From assembly GCF_009914755.1 (NCBI RefSeq), contig NC_060926.1: 64,000 nt of DNA; one strand, given 5' to 3'. The notes below the pieces were generated by a model, which ran no database searches, was not told the origin of the DNA, and was given only the letters and a program-made list of their open reading frames with translations. The first letter of the stretch is position 1. Every line of letters begins with the position of its first letter. Origin of the DNA: the human T2T-CHM13v2.0 reference genome, Homo sapiens. Position numbers and translations under genes: made by a program. Shown here in pieces: positions 59,700 through 64,000 of the stretch.

Positions 59700-59855
59700 T
59701 AAGAGCTTTCATATACATTACCTTTTGGTCCTCACAAGGATCCTCTGTGATTACAAATGAGTGAACTTTCGCTCAGAGAGGTTAGGCATCTTTCTCAAGA
59801 CCACACAGTTGGTAAGTGACAGAGTCAGGTCTAAAACAAAGGTCTTTGAATTTTA
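59700..59855 (-). mobile_element. MIR SINE
   Basis: gctcagagaggtta...caagaccacacagttggtaagtgacagag. Confidence 0.8.
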
Positions 59856-60139
59856 TGTGCATATATATATATATGTATGTATGTACTGCCAATTGAGCGT
59901 CATCCTTTAAAGCAGAAGTTAAAAATGAATAGTCCATGGGCCAAACTGGATCTTTAGATATGTTTTGTTTGCTTCCTATAATGTTGGCTCATGGTGTATT
60001 TTAAACTTTTTGAATAAGCTCCAAAATTTAAAAATGGGGATGTTTCCCACAAAGACTAGAATTTCATGTGTCTTTGGAAAAAATCAGAAGAGATGGTTAC
60101 ACTGGATTCATATTCCCTAGCGGCAATGTACAGCTGAAG

Positions 60140-60140
<1 letters not shown>

Positions 60141-60188
<48 letters not shown>

Positions 60189-60190
60189 TG
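60141..60190. repeat. (TG)20 TA (TG)4 microsatellite
   Basis: Counted directly. Confidence 0.96.
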
Positions 60191-60224
60191 ATTCTAGCTG
60201 GTTATAAACTGTAGAGAAGCAACG

Positions 60225-61502
60225 TGGCATGGTTTGGCTGTGCCCCACGCAAATCTCATCTTAAACTGTAATCTCCTTAATCCCATGGGTCATAGGAGGG
60301 ACCAAGTGGGAGATAATTGAATCGTGGGGGCAGTTTCCCTTATGCTGTTCTCACGATAGTGAGTGAATTCTCATGAGATCTGATGGTCTTATAAGCCCAC
60401 CTCTTGCATCAGCATACCCTGGATATGAGACATGGAATCAAAGGAGATCATTTCAGAACTTTAAGGTTTAGTGACTGCCCTATTGGATTTCGGACTTGCA
60501 TGGGGCCTGTAGCCCCTTCATTTTGGCCAATTTCTCCCATTTGGAATGCGTGTATTTACCCAATGCATGTACCTCCTGTATTCGTCTGTTCTCACATTGC
60601 TACTAAAGACATTCCTGAGACTGCGTAATTTATAAAGGAAAGAGGTTTAATGGACTCACAGTTCCACATGGCTGGGAAGGCCTCACAATCGTGGCGGAAG
60701 GCAAAGGAGAAGTGAAGGCATGTCTTACATGGTGGCAGGAGGGCTTGTGCAGGGGAACTCCTATTTATAAAACCATCAGATCTCATGAGACTTATTCACT
60801 ACCATGAGAACAGTATGGGGGAAACCACCCCCACAATTCAGTTATCTCCACCTGGCCCTGCCCTTGACACATGGGAATTATTACAATTCAAGGTGAGATT
60901 TGGGTGGGTACACAGCCAAACCATACCACTCCCATTGTATGTAGGAAGTAAGTAACTTGCTTTTGACTTTACAGGCTCATAGGTGGAAGGGACTTGCCTT
61001 GTTTCAGATGCGACTTTGGACTTGGACTTTTGGGTTAATGCTGGAATGAGCTAAGACTTTGGGGGACTGTTGGGAAGACATGATGGTGTTTTGAAATGTA
61101 AGGACATGAGATTTGGGAGGGGCCAGGGGCAGGTTTGGCTGTATGGTTTGGCTGTATCCCCACCCAAATCTCATCTTGAATTGTAATCCCCAGAATCCCC
61201 ATGTGTCATGGGAAAGACGTGATGGGAGGTAATTGAATCATGAGGGTGGTTTCCCCCACGTTGTTCTCATGATAGTGAGTGAGTTCTCATGAGATCTGAT
61301 GGTTTTATAAGCATCTGGCATTTCCCTTGCTGGCACTCATTCTCTCTGCTGCTGCCCTATGAAGAGGTGCCTTCTGCCATGAGTGTAAGTTTCCTTAGAC
61401 CTCCCAAGCCATGCGGAACTGTGTGTCAAGTAAATGTCTTATCTTTGTAAATTACTCAGTCTCAGGTATTTCTTCATAGCAGTGTGAGAACAGATGAATA
61501 CA
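60225..61502 (+). mobile_element. Internally deleted THE1-type MaLR element: partial 5' LTR, 3' internal region, 3' LTR (~61140-61502)
   Basis: ATGGTTTGGCTGT..CAAATCTCATCTT at both LTRs; THE1-int sequence; polypurine tract gggaggggccagggg; ends AATACA. Confidence 0.88.
60577..60928 (-). mobile_element. THE1 solo LTR nested in antisense orientation
   Basis: TGTATT...CAGCCAAACCATACCA, 352 bp, CTCC on both flanks. Confidence 0.92.
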
Positions 61503-62078
61503 GAACTGTAGAATGGTAACTCAGGAGCCAAAGACAGAACTAAGGGAGCCTGAACTCTGCAGAGGCTGGAAGGAATGGGATCCAGAGAGGTGCCTTACTT
61601 ATGTTTTGAGGAATATACTATCATTGGAATGAAGGCCAACATGAATAAGTGGCAGTATATTTGTTAAAAATATCAATCATACCATTTGGCAGTCACATCT
61701 CATGCTGATTTTTTTCACCCCTCATGGAAATATATAATCAGTTTTCTGGGCTTTATGGATTAATTAATAACTTTAAATGAGAAAATATTTGGCTGTCAAA
61801 ATGGAATATACTTTTGTTTTATGATTAGAGATGGGCAAGTGATGAGAGATGAATCAGGATGATGAATTATATATTTATTCAATTAATTTCAATGTGAAAT
61901 ACAAACATGTTTTGATAATTTTCTGCTCTCACATTATGATTCAGAGTGAAAAATTGTCATTGGTGAGCATTCCCAAGGTCATATGGTTCCTCCAAAAGTC
62001 AAGGATTCTTCAAACACTTGTTCATTCAATAAATAGTTGTGGAGCATTGCAAACATACTTGCAAAGAAGGCATCTTTA

Positions 62079-62376
<298 letters not shown>

Positions 62377-62423
62377 TTAGTAGAAGCTGTTGGAAAGCAA
62401 ACAGGCCATTACAGTGGTATAAT

Positions 62424-63077
62424 TGTTACAATTGTTACAGGTAGCTAGACAAGCATGAGCTGGGCAGGAGAGGGCTCTTCCCCCACTCATAGGAATGCTG
62501 GGTGATGGTTTGGCAATTATCACATTGCCTCTCTAAAAGTGATAAATTGGCAGCTGGTGCCAGGGAGAGGTCATTTCCTGATGGTCCACACCTGTTGCAC
62601 TAAAGTGTTAATTGAATGCGGGTACCAGGTAGAAGCAACTTCCTGGGCCTGCGCATTAAGAGACAAAATGGCCTCTGGAGGCACACCACCAGAAAAGGGA
62701 AGAAAGCCTCAGATGAGCACACGTACAGTTTCCTAAACACACTGCATGTGCTCACCTCCTAAGGGTAAGGAGGGCACTGCACATGCGGGCAGCCCACCCT
62801 AAGGGAAGAATCCTGTGAAAGAGGCCAGCCTATAAAGTCCTAAAATCAAGGTTAAACACCACACTTGACCTTGGGCCTCTTCCAAGCACATGCTCCTTTT
62901 TTCTGTTCTAAAGCTTTTTAAAATAAACTTCTATTCCTGCTCTGAAACTTGCCTCAGTCTGTATTTCTGCCTTATGCTTCTCAGTCAAATTCTTTGTTCT
63001 GAAGAGGCAAGAAATGAGGTTGCTGCAGACCTGTACAGATTTTCTGCTGGTAACTAAGATACCTTCCACCGATAACA
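62424..63077 (+). mobile_element. ERV1-class solo LTR (MER50-like)
   Basis: TGTTA...TAACA termini, 4-bp TSD TAAT, TATAAA 62831-62836, AATAAA 62922-62927. Confidence 0.85.
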
Positions 63078-63279
63078 TAATGATTTCTAGGATGGGGGAC
63101 ACAGAGGAGCATTGGGAGGTTGCAGAAAAGCCACTAAATGGACACTAGTTATGGGGGTGGTTGGGAGTGAATGACATTGGTTTGACGTCTTTGATGAATC
63201 GATGGGTATGGAAGCAAAGGCCTGAAGAATGGTGGAATATCTGCCAAAGAAGGTAGGCTAGAGTGGTGAGGAGGGGAAG

Positions 63280-63770
63280 CACAGACAAAATGATGGCTCC
63301 TGGCAGTAGAAGGAAGAGTTAGTTTGGGGAATTTGGAGAACTTCATGTCATTCAACGTGATGGAAACATTTGGTACAGAAGGAAGAAAGAACAAATGTGG
63401 CAAGAGATGAGGCCGAACTGGGGAAGGAGTTGCCCTTCATAAGGAATCTTGAAGGGGTGTGGGCCTTACCTAAGAGAGGAAGCCAGTGGAGGATCCTGGG
63501 TGGGGCGGGGACACAGATGAATTCTATTTACATTTTACAAAGATTACTCTGGTTGTAGCATGAAGACAGACCAAAATGGGACAAGGGTGGGAATAGAAAT
63601 GACAGAGGCCTGATCTAAGTCAGTGACCTTGGCAAGCGAGGAGGAAAAAATACTTGAGAGACAGTTAGGAAGTAGAGTAATTGGGGTTTATCGGTGAATC
63701 AGCAGGAAAAGGGAGAAGGCTGGTTGGTGGTACCACTCAACAGTATAGGCAAGGTAGGAGTTGAAGCAAT
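63280..63770 (-). mobile_element. L2 remnant
   Basis: gaggaagccagtggagg...cattttacaaagattactctggttg...ttaggaagtaga. Confidence 0.7.
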
Positions 63771-64000
63771 TGTGATTAGGAAGGACCTCTCACTTTTGAT
63801 GCTTGTCCCTTTCAGAATGGCAAACCAAGCTTAGGTGAAGCATAGATATTTGGGGGTTACTTTCTAACCCTATTGCTTGGACTCAACCATGCTGGTGTCT
63901 GAGCTCCTCTACTCAGACAAATGTTGCTTTCAGTAAGTTGCAAGCAAAGCAAAAGAAAGACATTCACCTACGGCCCTTCAGAAAAGCAAGCATGCTGCAT

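Overview
Human (primate) genomic DNA, not prokaryotic. The first ~3.9 kb holds the 3' part of CTLA4 on the + strand: end of intron 1, exon 2 (IgV domain, MYPPPY), exon 3 (stalk/TM), exon 4 (YVKM tail), and a 3'UTR with an (AT)26 microsatellite and poly(A) signal. The remaining ~60 kb is repeat-rich intergenic sequence (Alus, L1/L2/MIR, MLT2/MLT1/MST/THE1/MER50-like LTRs, hAT and Tigger MITEs). By established gene order (CD28-CTLA4-ICOS, 2q33) it leads towards ICOS, which is not visible here. I see no other protein-coding gene; the other ORFs are repeat-derived or chance. The most unusual structure is a ~97% identical inverted duplication (55742-56068 / 58122-58470) of part of an ancient LTR, with junction scars. 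Other notable items: a dense T-cell TF-motif cluster around the CT60 SNP, a Roquin-type CDE hairpin in the 3'UTR, two possible intronic-polyadenylation CTLA4 isoforms, and a nested THE1 element. I found no evidence of a wholly new biological system. Repeat subfamily names and SNP IDs are from recall and need RepeatMasker/dbSNP confirmation.
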